64,000 bases of DNA from Methanobrevibacter sp. (GTDB taxonomy: Archaea; Methanobacteriota; Methanobacteria; Methanobacteriales; Methanobacteriaceae): positions 19,575 to 83,574 of the forward strand of contig NZ_JAUNXI010000004.1 of the NCBI RefSeq assembly GCF_030539875.1, read 5' to 3'. Position 1 is the stretch's first letter. The number at the start of each line of letters is the position of its first letter. The translations under genes and the position numbers were made by a program. The notes under the pieces are model-generated. The model was not told the DNA's origin and did no database searches. It worked only from the letters and a program-made list of their open reading frames with translations. Below are positions 50,043 through 62,100 of the stretch, one piece after another.

Positions 50043-52172
50043 ATGAAATACAAAGTAATGCATGATAGCAGATCCCGTTTAAGGGTTCGTTCTGGCAAGT
50101 GGGCCTTCACTAAAAAAGAAGGTTATGGTCTTGCATCTGTACTTTTACAACAGGATTTTATTCATGATGTTTTTACTTCCCATAGAAACGGCAGTATTAT
50201 AATATACTATGATGAAGGTAACGAGAACAAAGAAAGCATATTCGATATTTTAAATAATATTACATTAGATGATCTTTTTGAAGGAAAACCAACACAAATT
50301 CAGGTTTCTAAAGAAATAACTGATGATTTTTATTTAAAATTATCAAAAATGATAGGTTATAGGATATTTAGAAGAATATTTGTTCCAATTCCTGTCAGAA
50401 TAATTCTTACAATATTTGATGCATCCAAATATATTCTTGAAGGTTTGGACAGCTTAACTAGTTTCCGTGCGGATGTTGCATTACTGGATGGTGTAGCAGT
50501 TGCCGGAGCATTAACTCAAAGGCAATTTAAACCTGCCAGTTCTATGATGTTCTTATTATCAATTTCCGATGCCTTAGAAGGATATACTGTACAAAAAGCA
50601 AAAAGCACGTTAAAGGATAGCTTAGCTTTAAATATAGATACTGTTTGGGTAATTGGAGAAAACGGTGAAGAAAAACAAATTTCCACTATTGAAATTAATA
50701 AAGGTGATAAAATCAAAGTCCACATGGGCGATGTAATACCTGTGGATGGTAAGGTAGTTGAAGGCGATGGAATGGTTAATGAAGCATCAATGACTGGAGA
50801 GCCATTGGCGGTTCATAAATCTGAAGGCAAAACGGTTCATGCTGGAACAGTAATGGAAGAGGGAAATATTGTGGTTGAAGTTTACTCAATGAATAAAGAG
50901 ACAAGATTAAATAAAATCATGGACTTGATTGAAAATTCCGAAGATTTAAAAGCTGAAACTCAAAGCAAAGCTGAAAGACTGGCTGATTCTATTGTTCCAT
51001 TCAGTTTCGTTGCAACTGCAGTTACTTATTTGCTCACTAGAAATGCTTCAAAAGCATTGTCCGTTTTGATGGTTGACTTTTCATGTGCAATAAAACTGAC
51101 TACTCCATTATCAGTTATCTCTGCAATGCGCGAAGCGTCCGATAATAAGATGATGATTAAAGGCGGAAAATTCCTTGAAAATTATGCAAATGCCGACACT
51201 ATTGTATTTGATAAAACCGGAACCTTAACTAATGCAACTCCAAAAGTTGTTGATGTGATTCCGATGTCTGGGAGATACAAACGCGATGAAATCTTAAGAA
51301 TGGCCGCCTGCATTGAAGAACACTTTGCCCATAGTATTGCTGCTGCTATTGTTAAACAAGCTGAAAAAGAAGGCTTGAAACATGAAGAAGATCATAGTGA
51401 AGTTGAATACATTGTAGCACATGGTATTGTAACGGAATATGATGGTAAACGTGCAGTAATTGGTTCAAGGCACTTTTTATTTGATGATGAAAAGGTTAAA
51501 GTAACTAAAACTCAAGAGAAGAAAATTGATGAGAAAATAAATAAACATTCTGTTGTTTATCTGGCTGTTGATGGAAAACTTGAAGGCATTATCTGCATTG
51601 ATGATCCTATACGTGAAGAAGCAAAATATGTTATTGAGGAACTTAAATCTTTAGGAATTGAAAATGTAATAATGCTTACTGGAGACAGTGAAAGCGCTGC
51701 TCGTGCAAGCGCCAGTGCATTGAACATAACTGAATATAAATCACAAGTTCTTCCAGAAGACAAATCCAGAATTGTCAGTGAATTAAAAACAAAAGGAAGG
51801 ACTGTGATAATGGTGGGTGATGGAATTAATGATTCTCCTGCTCTTGCAGCTGCTGATGTGTCTGTTTCTATGAAAAATTCATCTGATATTGCCCGTGAAG
51901 TTGCAGATATTTCATTATTGTCTGATGATTTATATGACCTTGTAACTCTTAGAAAACTCAGTACTGGAATGTTGGATAAAATTAATAATAACTATCGCAA
52001 TATTGTAGCAGTAAATGGTTCTCTTCTAGTTTTAGGTGTTTTGGGAGCAATTCCTCCATCAACTTCTTCAGTTGTACATAATCTATCCACCATGTTATTC
52101 GGACTTTTAAGCACAAGGTCTGTTTTAACTGATGAGGATTATATAAAAGATATGGGATTGGAAGCTATTTGA
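50043..52172 (+). CDS. P1B-type ATPase with SCA motif (P1B-6 class)
   Basis: TGEP, VDFSCAIKL, FDKTGT, GDGINDSPAL, HNLST. Confidence 0.9.
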   Translation: MKYKVMHDSRSRLRVRSGKWAFTKKEGYGLASVLLQQDFIHDVFTSHRNGSIIIYYDEGNENKESIFDILNNITLDDLFEGKPTQIQVSKEITDDFYLKLSKMIGYRIFRRIFVPIPVRIILTIFDASKYILEGLDSLTSFRADVALLDGVAVAGALTQRQFKPASSMMFLLSISDALEGYTVQKAKSTLKDSLALNIDTVWVIGENGEEKQISTIEINKGDKIKVHMGDVIPVDGKVVEGDGMVNEASMTGEPLAVHKSEGKTVHAGTVMEEGNIVVEVYSMNKETRLNKIMDLIENSEDLKAETQSKAERLADSIVPFSFVATAVTYLLTRNASKALSVLMVDFSCAIKLTTPLSVISAMREASDNKMMIKGGKFLENYANADTIVFDKTGTLTNATPKVVDVIPMSGRYKRDEILRMAACIEEHFAHSIAAAIVKQAEKEGLKHEEDHSEVEYIVAHGIVTEYDGKRAVIGSRHFLFDDEKVKVTKTQEKKIDEKINKHSVVYLAVDGKLEGIICIDDPIREEAKYVIEELKSLGIENVIMLTGDSESAARASASALNITEYKSQVLPEDKSRIVSELKTKGRTVIMVGDGINDSPALAAADVSVSMKNSSDIAREVADISLLSDDLYDLVTLRKLSTGMLDKINNNYRNIVAVNGSLLVLGVLGAIPPSTSSVVHNLSTMLFGLLSTRSVLTDEDYIKDMGLEAI

Positions 52173-52258
52173 ATAGCGGAAAATTCCTAATTTTTTTTAA
52201 TGTTTTTATATTATGAACATTATAGTAATTATTGTATTGAATTTTAATTAGTGATGTA

Positions 52259-53008
52259 ATGTTAGATAATTATAAAAATAAATTTGTTCCGTTAATTTTA
52301 CCCATAATTTTAATATTGTTTTGGTATGGTATTACTGATGGTTTAGAGTTATTTTCTTCCTATATTCTGCCAAGCCCTGTTGATGTGGTAAATTCTGCAA
52401 TTGTGGTAATAGAAAATGGCAAACTCTTAACAAATACTATTGCTACATTATATAAAGTATTCGCAGGTCTAATTTTATCATCAATTGTTGCTATTCCTCT
52501 TGGAATTATGCTTGGGTGGTACAAATCTTTAGAAGATTTATGCACTTTGATTATCAGTGTTTTAAGACCGATTCCTCCGATTGCATGGATTCCATTTTCA
52601 ATTTTATGGTTTGGTATTGGTACTTTCCCGGCAATATTCATTATTTTCATGGGTTGCGTATTCCCGATTTTGGTATATACCATTGACGGTGTTAAAAGAA
52701 CTGATAAGGTTTTGGTCGAATCTGCTCAGACACTTGGAGCTGATGACTTGCATATTCTAAAACGTGTTATTGTGCCTTCTACAGTACCGTATATTGCTTC
52801 CGGTTTAAAAGTGGGTATTGGAATTGCTTTAATGTGTACAATTTCAGCAGAAATGATTGGATCTAGTAATGGTTTAGGTTATATGATTTTAACTGCAACA
52901 AACCTTTTTGATACAGGTACAACAGTTGTTGGTATGGTTGTAATTGGTTTGATTGGACTTGTATTTGACTTTGTATTCGGCAAAGTTCAAGAGAGGATAT
53001 TTTGGTAG
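52259..53008 (+). CDS. ABC transporter permease (NitT/TauT/SsuC type)
   Basis: LRPIPPIAWIP, ESAQTLGA EAA motif. Confidence 0.9.
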   Translation: MLDNYKNKFVPLILPIILILFWYGITDGLELFSSYILPSPVDVVNSAIVVIENGKLLTNTIATLYKVFAGLILSSIVAIPLGIMLGWYKSLEDLCTLIISVLRPIPPIAWIPFSILWFGIGTFPAIFIIFMGCVFPILVYTIDGVKRTDKVLVESAQTLGADDLHILKRVIVPSTVPYIASGLKVGIGIALMCTISAEMIGSSNGLGYMILTATNLFDTGTTVVGMVVIGLIGLVFDFVFGKVQERIFW

Positions 53009-53770
53009 GTGTTTTACATGTCAATTGAAGTTAAAAATATTTATAAAACATTTTATTCTAAAAAATCTGATAAATTAACCGTTTTGGAAAATATTAATTT
53101 AACCATTAATGATGGTGAATTAGTTTGTCTTTTAGGACCTTCCGGATGCGGTAAAACAACTCTTTTAAGATTGATTGCAGGTCTTGATCAGCCCACTTCC
53201 GGCGAGATTGTTGCTAATGGTGATGTTGTTAAAAAACCATCAGGAGACCGGGCTGTTATTTTCCAACAATATTCACTGTTTCCATGGCTAACTGTTCTTC
53301 AAAATGTAACTTTTGGTTTGGAGATGACAAAACCGGGAGCTAAAGAAGAAAATCTGAAAGCAGCTGAGAGATATTTGAAAAGTGTTGGTTTAATAGAATT
53401 TAAAGATAGCTATCCTCATGAACTTTCAGGTGGTATGAAACAAAGGGTTGCAATTATCAGATCCTTGCTTAATCATTCACCTATTTTGCTTATGGATGAG
53501 CCATTTTCTGCAGTGGATATGCAAAATAGGCACAGTCTTCAAGAACAGCTAATAGGCGTTTGGAAAAGATTTAAAAATACGATTGTTTTTGTAACACACG
53601 ATGTGACCGAAGCGATTTATCTGGCAGACCGGATTGTTATTTTAGATAAAAATCCCGGCAGAATTTCAGATATTGTCGAAGTCAATATGGAAAGGCCAAG
53701 AAAAAGAGAGTCACTTGAGTTTGTCAATCTTCAAGAGGAACTTCTTAAAAAATTAAATGTGGAAGACTAA
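53009..53770 (+). CDS. ABC transporter ATP-binding protein (NitT/TauT type)
   Basis: GPSGCGKTT, LSGGMKQR, LLMDEPF. Confidence 0.93.
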   Translation: MFYMSIEVKNIYKTFYSKKSDKLTVLENINLTINDGELVCLLGPSGCGKTTLLRLIAGLDQPTSGEIVANGDVVKKPSGDRAVIFQQYSLFPWLTVLQNVTFGLEMTKPGAKEENLKAAERYLKSVGLIEFKDSYPHELSGGMKQRVAIIRSLLNHSPILLMDEPFSAVDMQNRHSLQEQLIGVWKRFKNTIVFVTHDVTEAIYLADRIVILDKNPGRISDIVEVNMERPRKRESLEFVNLQEELLKKLNVED

Positions 53771-53773
53771 TAG

Positions 53774-54508
53774 TTACAGTTTAGCTATTAATGTTCCATA
53801 ATTCCCATTTTTTATTCCTTCATATACATAATCAAGGGATTTTAAGACTGATGTGTGAAGGTCGTTATTTTTAGCAAGATAAGCAGCAATGGCTGAAGAT
53901 AAATTGCAGCCGGTACCATGCAAATTGTCTGTTTTAATCAATTCCTGTTTTTTAACTGTAATTTCACCATTGATATTGATGGTATTTATCCCATCCAAAT
54001 GACCTCCGGTAATTATATTGTTGCAAATGAGTTTACTAGAAGCTTTTATGGCATCTTCGCCAGTTTTAATTTCTATTCCAGTTAATTTTTCAGCTTCAGT
54101 GATATTTGGAGTAGTCAATATGGATTTTGGAAGCAAATACTTGTTAAATGCCTTTGCGATATCCTCTTTTGTCAAATCTCCTCCTGAAGTTGCAACCATT
54201 ACAGGGTCAACTACTGCCTTTAGATTGTATTCGGATATCTTTTTTGAAACTAATTTAATGATTTCAGGAGAGTACAACATTCCGGTCTTTATAAATTCGA
54301 TTTCATAGGAGTCTAAAACAGCATCAATCTCTTCTGCAATATAATCTTCACTAATCGGCAATGTTGAAAAGAATTTGTAGGGGTTTTGTGCCGTAAGTGC
54401 TGTAACAATGCCTGTTCCATACACTCCAACAGCTTGAAAGGTTTTCAAATCGGCATATATGCCGGCACCTGCCGACGGGTCAACACCTGCAATGGACATT
54501 ACAATCAT
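53774..54508 (-). CDS. thiD: hydroxymethylpyrimidine/phosphomethylpyrimidine kinase
   Basis: SIAGVDPSAGAGIYADLKT, KTGML, VDPVMVA, HGTGC. Confidence 0.93.
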   Translation of the reverse strand: MIVMSIAGVDPSAGAGIYADLKTFQAVGVYGTGIVTALTAQNPYKFFSTLPISEDYIAEEIDAVLDSYEIEFIKTGMLYSPEIIKLVSKKISEYNLKAVVDPVMVATSGGDLTKEDIAKAFNKYLLPKSILTTPNITEAEKLTGIEIKTGEDAIKASSKLICNNIITGGHLDGINTININGEITVKKQELIKTDNLHGTGCNLSSAIAAYLAKNNDLHTSVLKSLDYVYEGIKNGNYGTLIAKL

Positions 54509-55183
54509 CTAATCAGCTCTTGTAACTTTTAACCGTTCATTTCCTCGGAAGGGCTCCACATTCACTTTAAGTTCTTTTAAATATTTTCTAGTGTGTGTGC
54601 TTTTTCCATGAATCATTATTTCCCCTAAATCCTGAGCAGTATTGACGTCCAGCGCCATGAAAAACGAATCATGAACTTGCGGATTCAATTTCTTTCTCTC
54701 GGCGGCATTTACATGCTCTTTATAACTAAACCCTTCAAACCTGGTATGTATGGCCATAGGTTTCATGAGTATCATGTTTGTTCCGCCGCCCTTTGATGGA
54801 ACAATAATGAAATCTAACTTTTTAGATGCATCAATCAGCATTGAAATATTTGTTTTGCTGATTAGAGGAACATCAGAAGGAACAATAAGGACTTTTTTAG
54901 CTTTTCCTTTACAGTATTTCATTGCCTGTTTTAATGCTTTGTTTAAATTTGAATTTTCATCCTCAAGAATAGTGTCCAAGCTTAAACTTTCAGCATAATT
55001 GAGCACATCCTCGTCCCTGCTTATTATAAAGATTTTATCGACGTGTTTTCTTAAGGCATCAGTAACGTCCTGAAGCATTACTTTTAGGAGCTTTTCACGT
55101 TCTTCTTCAGATAGAAATGGGGATAATCTGGTTTTAGCATTTTTGAACTTGCTAACTGGAATTATTGCATATATATTATCCAT
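54509..55183 (-). CDS. cofC: 2-phospho-L-lactate guanylyltransferase (F420 biosynthesis)
   Basis: AIIPVSKFKNAKTRLSP, VPSDVP, GGGTN, LDVNTAQDL. Confidence 0.92.
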   Translation of the reverse strand: MDNIYAIIPVSKFKNAKTRLSPFLSEEEREKLLKVMLQDVTDALRKHVDKIFIISRDEDVLNYAESLSLDTILEDENSNLNKALKQAMKYCKGKAKKVLIVPSDVPLISKTNISMLIDASKKLDFIIVPSKGGGTNMILMKPMAIHTRFEGFSYKEHVNAAERKKLNPQVHDSFFMALDVNTAQDLGEIMIHGKSTHTRKYLKELKVNVEPFRGNERLKVTRAD

Positions 55184-55191
55184 AAAACCAC

Positions 55192-56595
55192 TTAGTATGT
55201 TTTAGCAATCAGGGCTGTGTATCTGGCATCCCCTTTACCTGAAATACATTTTCCTTCGCTGATTTCTTCTTGAATGCCTAAAATATCATAACCTGTCTGT
55301 TCTTCAATTTCTTTACCTATTTTTTCATCTCCGCACCAGTTGAATTTAACGACATTGCCTGCTTCAACAAGTTCGGAAACTTCATTTAAGTCTTCGCAAA
55401 ATATGACATGGTCTTTTTGGAAAGCCCAAGCACTTTTTGAGAGATTGTCTTCTGTTTTGTTTAATAAATCAGATACATTATCTCCAAGAGAATCATCAAG
55501 TGAAAGTTCTATTTTTTCTCCTTCATCCCTTCTCATTGCAATAGTGATGTTGTTTTCCAAATCCCTAGGTCCAAGCTCAAGCTTTAGAGGAGTTCCCTTT
55601 AACTCCCAGTCATTGAATTTCTTACCTGGCCTGATATCTCTGTTGTCAATGTTTACTCTTAAACCTGCTGATTCCAGTTGTTCTTTGATTTCTCCGCATT
55701 TTGCTAAAACTTCCTCTTTTCCTTTCTTAAACAAAATTGGAATTATTGTGACTTGATTAGGTGATACTTTTGGAGGTAGGCGCAAACCTGTTTCATCTCC
55801 GTGAATTCCAATTACGGAAGCTATTACCCTATCGGATACTCCTGCACATGTCTGATATACATATTTATGTTCTCCGTCCTTATCTTCAAAGGTAATGTCG
55901 AATGTTTTTGCAAAAGTCTGGCCTAAGTTGTGAATAGTGCCTATCTGTAATGTTTTGCCGTTAGGCATTATTACATCAAAAGCCATGGTGTAATCTGCAC
56001 CGGGGAATTTGTCCCATTCAGGTCTTTTAGAAATTAAATATGGAATTTTTAATTCATCGAAGAATTCCTTATAGATTTCAATGAATTCTCTGATTTGTTC
56101 ATCAGATTCTTCTTTAGTTGCATGAGCAGTATGAGCTTCTTTAAATGTTGTAATTTCTCTTACACGAATTAAAGGTCTTGTATGTTTTGTTTCATATCTA
56201 AATGTGTTTACAATTTGATAATATTTGATTGGAAGATCAATGTGGGTTCTAATCCATAATGCATACATAGGATAAATTGCAGTTTCACTAGTAGGTCTTA
56301 AAGCTAATTGTTCGTTTAATTCTCTTTTGCCCCCTCTTGTAACCCAGTAAACTTCATCTTCAAATCCTTTTACATGAATTCCTTCTTTTGCAAGTTCGCT
56401 TTCAGGAACAAGCATTGGGAAGAGCACTTCATCATGGTCTTTATCTAATAATTTTTTAATTATATTCATTGAGTGTTTTCTTATCTGAAAACCATATGGC
56501 ATCCAAATAGCCATTCCTTTAATAGGATATCTTGAATCAGTAATATTCGCATTTTCTAAAATATCATGAAACCATTCATCAAAATTTTCCACCAT
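55192..56595 (-). CDS. proS: proline--tRNA ligase (archaeal/eukaryotic type)
   Basis: [34 protein letters not shown]. Confidence 0.96.
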   Translation of the reverse strand: MVENFDEWFHDILENANITDSRYPIKGMAIWMPYGFQIRKHSMNIIKKLLDKDHDEVLFPMLVPESELAKEGIHVKGFEDEVYWVTRGGKRELNEQLALRPTSETAIYPMYALWIRTHIDLPIKYYQIVNTFRYETKHTRPLIRVREITTFKEAHTAHATKEESDEQIREFIEIYKEFFDELKIPYLISKRPEWDKFPGADYTMAFDVIMPNGKTLQIGTIHNLGQTFAKTFDITFEDKDGEHKYVYQTCAGVSDRVIASVIGIHGDETGLRLPPKVSPNQVTIIPILFKKGKEEVLAKCGEIKEQLESAGLRVNIDNRDIRPGKKFNDWELKGTPLKLELGPRDLENNITIAMRRDEGEKIELSLDDSLGDNVSDLLNKTEDNLSKSAWAFQKDHVIFCEDLNEVSELVEAGNVVKFNWCGDEKIGKEIEEQTGYDILGIQEEISEGKCISGKGDARYTALIAKTY

Positions 56596-56808
56596 ATCAC
56601 CTAAAATAATTTATAACATTAGATTATCTGTTTTTAATTAGTATTAAAGTTTTTTTTAAAATAGGATTATTTGAATGAAGGGAGTTTATCTGCAATAAAA
56701 TAATTTTATCATATGGGTAAATCTCTCAAAAATCTTTTTAAATAAGAAAGTTATTTATAATTATTTTATACATACATAATAGTGTATAATTTTATTTTAG
56801 GAGATATC

Positions 56809-57852
56809 ATGACTAATAGGAAAATACAAATGCCTCGTGAGGTTTACATCGATCCAGGTATTATAAAAGATACTGCGGAAATTTGTAAGTCCTTGCATTT
56901 AAATAAAAAGTTTTTAATCGTCACTGGTTCAACTACTTATGATATAGGTGCAAAACTGGTTATTGAAAGTTTAGAAAAAGACAACTTGGATTATGATGTA
57001 ATTAAAGTTGACGGGGCTTCTGATGAATCAATTTTTGAAGTTGAAGAATTAATCACTCCGGAAACTACTGTGTTAGGTGTTGGAGGAGGAAAAGTTATTG
57101 ATATAGCTAAATTATCTTCATTCAATAAAGGCGTATATTTTGTATCCATGCCAACAACTGCTTCTCATGATGGTATTGTATCTCCTATGGCATCAATAAA
57201 AAACCCCAATACTTCCATATCTGTTACTGCACACTCACCGATAGCGGTTATTGCAGATTCTGAAGTTATTGCGCAGTCTCCATTCAGACTGCTTTCAGCA
57301 GGATGTGCTGATTTAATATCTAATTTTACAGCTATTAAAGATTGGGAATTGGCTCATCGTTTAAAAAACGAACCATTCAGCGAATCTGCAGCAGCATTAT
57401 CAATAATGTCTGCTCATTTAATAACTGACAATATTGATAATATTAAGCCTAATCTTGAACCCAGCGCACGTATTGTCATGAAATCATTGTTTAGTGGAGG
57501 AATGGCAATCAGTATTGCAGGTTCATCACGTCCGGCAAGTGGTTCTGAACACCTGTTTTCACATGCTCTTGATAAGATTCTTGATAAATCAGCACTCCAT
57601 GGTGAACAGTGCGGTATCGGCACTATAATGATGATGTATTTGCATGGTGGGAATTGGAGTGCAATTAAAGATGCTTTATCTGCGCTTAAGGCGCCAACAA
57701 CCGCTGCTGAGGTGGGCATTTGTGATGATGATATTATTGATGCATTGGTAATGGCTCACAAAATCAGGCCGGATAGGTATACGATTTTAGGTGATAAGGG
57801 AATCTCTCGTGAAGCCGCATATGAGCTTGCTTATAAAACAGGAGTGATTTAA
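56809..57852 (+). CDS. egsA: sn-glycerol-1-phosphate dehydrogenase
   Basis: GVGGGKVID, PTTASHDG, SSRPASGSEH, LHGEQ; start refined. Confidence 0.95.
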   Translation: MTNRKIQMPREVYIDPGIIKDTAEICKSLHLNKKFLIVTGSTTYDIGAKLVIESLEKDNLDYDVIKVDGASDESIFEVEELITPETTVLGVGGGKVIDIAKLSSFNKGVYFVSMPTTASHDGIVSPMASIKNPNTSISVTAHSPIAVIADSEVIAQSPFRLLSAGCADLISNFTAIKDWELAHRLKNEPFSESAAALSIMSAHLITDNIDNIKPNLEPSARIVMKSLFSGGMAISIAGSSRPASGSEHLFSHALDKILDKSALHGEQCGIGTIMMMYLHGGNWSAIKDALSALKAPTTAAEVGICDDDIIDALVMAHKIRPDRYTILGDKGISREAAYELAYKTGVI

Positions 57853-58290
57853 ATGATTACATTGATAGGTAAAGATTTAGCTAAAAAAGGTCAGGAATTT
57901 GTTTTTTTAGGTCCAACTGATGAATGCGAAAACTGCAGATTTAAATCATCTTGTCTTGGAAGTTTGGAAGTAAACAGGAAATATGTTGTTTTGGATGTTA
58001 AAGACAATGAGCAAAAATGTCCGGTTCATGCAGAGGGGATTGTGGTTCCTGTTGAAATTGACCGTGCTGAAATCGAGTTATTAACTCCTTCAAAAAATAT
58101 TTTTGAAGGTTCAACATTCACATTCAGCGCTCCTGACTGTGATGAAAAATGCGATTATCATGATTTTTGTTTTCCTGAGGGATTAAAAGAAAATGACAAA
58201 TGCATTGTTTTGAACAATGAAGGTAAACATGAAGGGGAATGTAGAAAAGGTTTAAGTCTTAATAAACTTACTTTGGGATTTGTGATATAA
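57853..58290 (+). CDS. UPF0179 family protein
   Basis: MITLIG...CENC...CL...C Cys pattern. Confidence 0.85.
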   Translation: MITLIGKDLAKKGQEFVFLGPTDECENCRFKSSCLGSLEVNRKYVVLDVKDNEQKCPVHAEGIVVPVEIDRAEIELLTPSKNIFEGSTFTFSAPDCDEKCDYHDFCFPEGLKENDKCIVLNNEGKHEGECRKGLSLNKLTLGFVI

Positions 58291-58976
58291 TGAAAGATGC
58301 TGGCAGTAATAATTCTAGTAAAAAGAATGCAGGATATAAGGCTGCAGAATATGTGGAAGATGGAATGGTTTTAGGATTGGGTACAGGTTCAACAACTCAC
58401 TTTTTCATTGAAAAGGTGGGAATGAGAATCAAAGAGGAAGGAATAAGCGTTAAAGGAATTCCAACTTCATTTCAATCATTATTAATAGCTAAGGAATGGA
58501 ATATTCCAATTACAACTTTAGAAGAAAATGACATTGATTTGTCTGTTGATGGAGCAGATGAGGTTGATTTGCAGTTTAATTTAATTAAAGGAGGGGGAGC
58601 AGCCCATACTAAAGAAAAAATTGTTGATTATGCTGCAGAAAAATTCATTGTTATTGTGGATGAATCAAAGGTTGTAGAGGAATTAGGTAATTTTCCAGTT
58701 CCTGTTGAAGTATTGCCGGATGCATCCCGTATGGTCATAAGGGAATTGGAAGATATGGGTGCTGAATGCCAAATCAGAATGGCTCAAAGAAAAGACGGTC
58801 CTGTAATAACTGACAATGGAAATTTTGTAATTGATGCTAAATTTGATAAAATAGAATCTCCTGAACACTTTGAAATAGATTTAAATACAATTCCGGGTGT
58901 AGTTGAAAACGGAATATTTTCACAAATGGTTGATAAGGTCATTGTTGGTACTGAGAACGGAACTAAAGAATTATAG
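58290..58976 (+). CDS. rpiA: ribose-5-phosphate isomerase A
   Basis: GLGTGST, DGADEVD, KGGG, TDNGN. Confidence 0.96.
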   Translation: MKDAGSNNSSKKNAGYKAAEYVEDGMVLGLGTGSTTHFFIEKVGMRIKEEGISVKGIPTSFQSLLIAKEWNIPITTLEENDIDLSVDGADEVDLQFNLIKGGGAAHTKEKIVDYAAEKFIVIVDESKVVEELGNFPVPVEVLPDASRMVIRELEDMGAECQIRMAQRKDGPVITDNGNFVIDAKFDKIESPEHFEIDLNTIPGVVENGIFSQMVDKVIVGTENGTKEL

Positions 58977-59099
58977 GTTTAACCTGGTTATGGTTATTTG
59001 CCGTCGTATAATTCCAACTGATATATTATTTCCGTAAATTATCTGATTTTTATTATTTGCGTCGTTGCGGACGTAAAATGGAATATAATTATTTTTTAA

Positions 59100-59133
59100 A
59101 AAAAGAAAAGAAAAGAGATTTTACATCTCTTTT
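59100..59133 (-). terminator. terminator of adhesin gene
   Basis: Perfect AAAAGAGAT-TTTAC-ATCTCTTTT followed by a T-rich tract on the minus strand. Confidence 0.6.
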
Positions 59134-62100
59134 ATTTTTTAACAACTATATTATTTGATTTGCTGCAAGGTTTGTATGCGCCGTCTCCTGCAAATTTAAC
59201 TGTATATTTGTAAGTTCCTTTTTTAGTTAATTTTGTAATTTTAAAAAGAGCAACACCTTTGTTGTTTGTTTTAGCAGTGTATGTTTTACCGTTAACTTTT
59301 AAAGTAACTTTTTTGTTTTTAAGTACAGTTTTTCCGGTTTTAAGTGTAATCTGCACATTCTTGGTTTTCACGGAAGCCTTGAAAGTCTTTTTAGCAAGAG
59401 TTAAAGCAGTAGCTTTTTTGTTTACAGTAATTTTTGCAGTATCTAAGGATGATTTGGTAGCATCATCACCTGCAAAGTATGCAACAATATTGTGTGATCC
59501 TGCAGAGGAATATTTTAAAGATAAGTATGCCACACCCTTTTCATCGGTTTTGACATCTTTTTTAGTGGTGCCGTCAATAATTACTGTTATGGCTTTGTTT
59601 GCTAATGGCTTGCCGTTACTATCTTTTAATGTAATGGCTAATTTTCCTGTATTTCCAGCATAAACAACCAGATCTTTTGCATAAATAGTTGAAGCAACAG
59701 GTGCAGGGGAAACGTTAGTTAATGTAATGTCTGCGGAGGTTCCTGCAATAGTTTTGCTTCCAGCATATTTCATTTCGACTTTTCCATTAACATTGCTGAT
59801 AGTGAATTTACCCTCTGAATTGGTTTTTACAGTTGCATTTCCATTATTGGAAGAATATGAAATAACTGCTTTGGCAATTGCATTTCCATTACTGTCTTTT
59901 AAAACACCAACAATATTTCCATTTCCATTAACTTCGATAATGCTAATAGCTGAGGTAATTGAAGCTTCTTTAACAGTAATTGAGGTTTTTCCACTTGTTT
60001 TAGCATAATTTTCAAAACCAGCATAACTCATTGAAACAGCATGTTTTCCATAGTCCAATGCTAGTGAAAATCTAACTTTTCCATTTTCATCGGTAGTTTC
60101 ATTGTACTGGACATTGTCGATGGTGATGGTCACTTTTTGATTTTCAAGTGATTCGCCATCTGATGTGGTTAAGGTTACTTCTAAGATGACATTTTTAGCA
60201 GTAGTTTCAATAGGTTCGGCATTTAATACAGTATCTTTGTAATTGCTATAAATTCCAATCGCTTTTTCGTAACTTTGATATTTGCCTTCAGCTTTTGCAA
60301 GGTAAGTTGCGAATGTAGGTGGGAATTGCAATGAATCTAATTTGTATGTATTGGTGCCGATGGTTACATTATAATAACCTCCGCCAAGCATAATACCTAT
60401 TCTGCTTCCGCTTATTGTGTTGTTGAAGATGTTTTCATTACCTGATCCATATGCGGTAATACCGCTGATTTTTGCATCAATAATGGTATTGTTGTAAACA
60501 TTGTGTCCTTGTGAGTGCATGAGGTAAATTCCCTCTTTTGCACCGATAACTGTGTTGTTAAATACAGTCACATTTGGTCCGGTTCCGTGTCTTACATCAA
60601 TACCGTGGTTTGCAGCATTTTTAATGGTATTTCTGGTAATGATGCTGTTAGGGGTTCCGAAGTTTAGTATTCCTGTAGTGTACTGGTTTGAAATGTAGTT
60701 ATTTGCAACAATAGCTTTTCCACAGTATTCTAAGTAAATACCCCATGATGCGCCATCAATATTACAGTTAATGATGGCTATGTTCGGACTGTTTTGTGTA
60801 CGAATTCCTACAGTTTTGTATTCACTAGGATTTGAAAGAACTGTATTTGGATTGTATTTGGGATATTTTGACACAATGTTCAAGTTTGCAATAACAACGT
60901 TTGTGTTGTTGATGGAGTATAATACGGCAGGGTTTGAAATACCATATCCTCCGTTAGCGGTTTTATTTTTAATTTTTTCAGGAATATTTTCTATATTTGC
61001 ATTGTCATATCCGATTAAAGTAGCATTGTTACCGATGATTTTAATATTTTTATCAGTATATATGGAAATATCATTGTATACTGCGTTTTTAGCAAATATT
61101 AAACTGTCTCCATTCTGCATTGAATTGATGATTGATTGGATTTCTGCAGATGAAGCGCCTTCACTAATGACATATGTATTTCCGGTTATAGCTAATAGGG
61201 AATCATAATCAATATTAATATCGTCTGGAGTTGCTATTTCGCTGTAAGGAATATAAGGTTGGTTATTAGAACTGCTGTCACTGTGTGTACCCATTATATT
61301 TGTTGCACTTTGATATGCAGACTGGGATTCTGCAATGTAGTATACAAATGTAGGAGGGTAGGGCAGTTGGTCTAATTTATACTCATTTTCACTAATATTG
61401 ATGTTTGAGTGGCCTCCACCTAATAAAACACCAATTCTTGATTTGGACATGGTGTTGTTATAAATTTTAATATTGCTTGATCCATAACATGAAATTGAAC
61501 TAATGGTACAGTTAATGAGTTTATTATATGCAGCTGTGTGATTTTTAGAATGCATAAGGTAAATACCTTCTTTTGAACCGATTACGGTATTATTAATCAC
61601 CTGCACATTTGGTCCGGTTCCGTGTCTTACATCAATACCGTGGTTTTTAGCATTGATGAATTTATTTCTTTCAATTACAGTTGCTTTTGATCCAAAGTTT
61701 AAAAGACCAGTAACAGCCTGGTTTTGGATTGTATTATTTTTAATAATTCCTTTATTTGAGGATTGTAAGTTAATACCCCAGGAAGACCCGTCAAGTGTGT
61801 TTTCCATAAAAGTTAAATTATCTGATGATTTAACATAAACTAAAGCATTTTGATAATTTGAAGCACTATTTGCCCCGCCGATAATTGTCAATCCTTTAAT
61901 GGTTACATTTGCTGCATTGATAACATATAATGTTGCAAAATTGGAGATTCCATATCCTCCATCAGCAGTCTTGTTTGTAATGATGCTTGGAGTATTATTG
62001 GTTGAAGGAGTGTCGTAACCAACTAATGTGGCTCCGTTTCCCTTAATGCTTATGCTCTTGTTGACATAAATACAAACATCATTATATGTGCCTTTTTCAA

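Noticed and set aside
58977-59100. Possible ncRNA after rpiA
   Set aside because: Only weak, interrupted pairing and no tRNA or other recognisable fold
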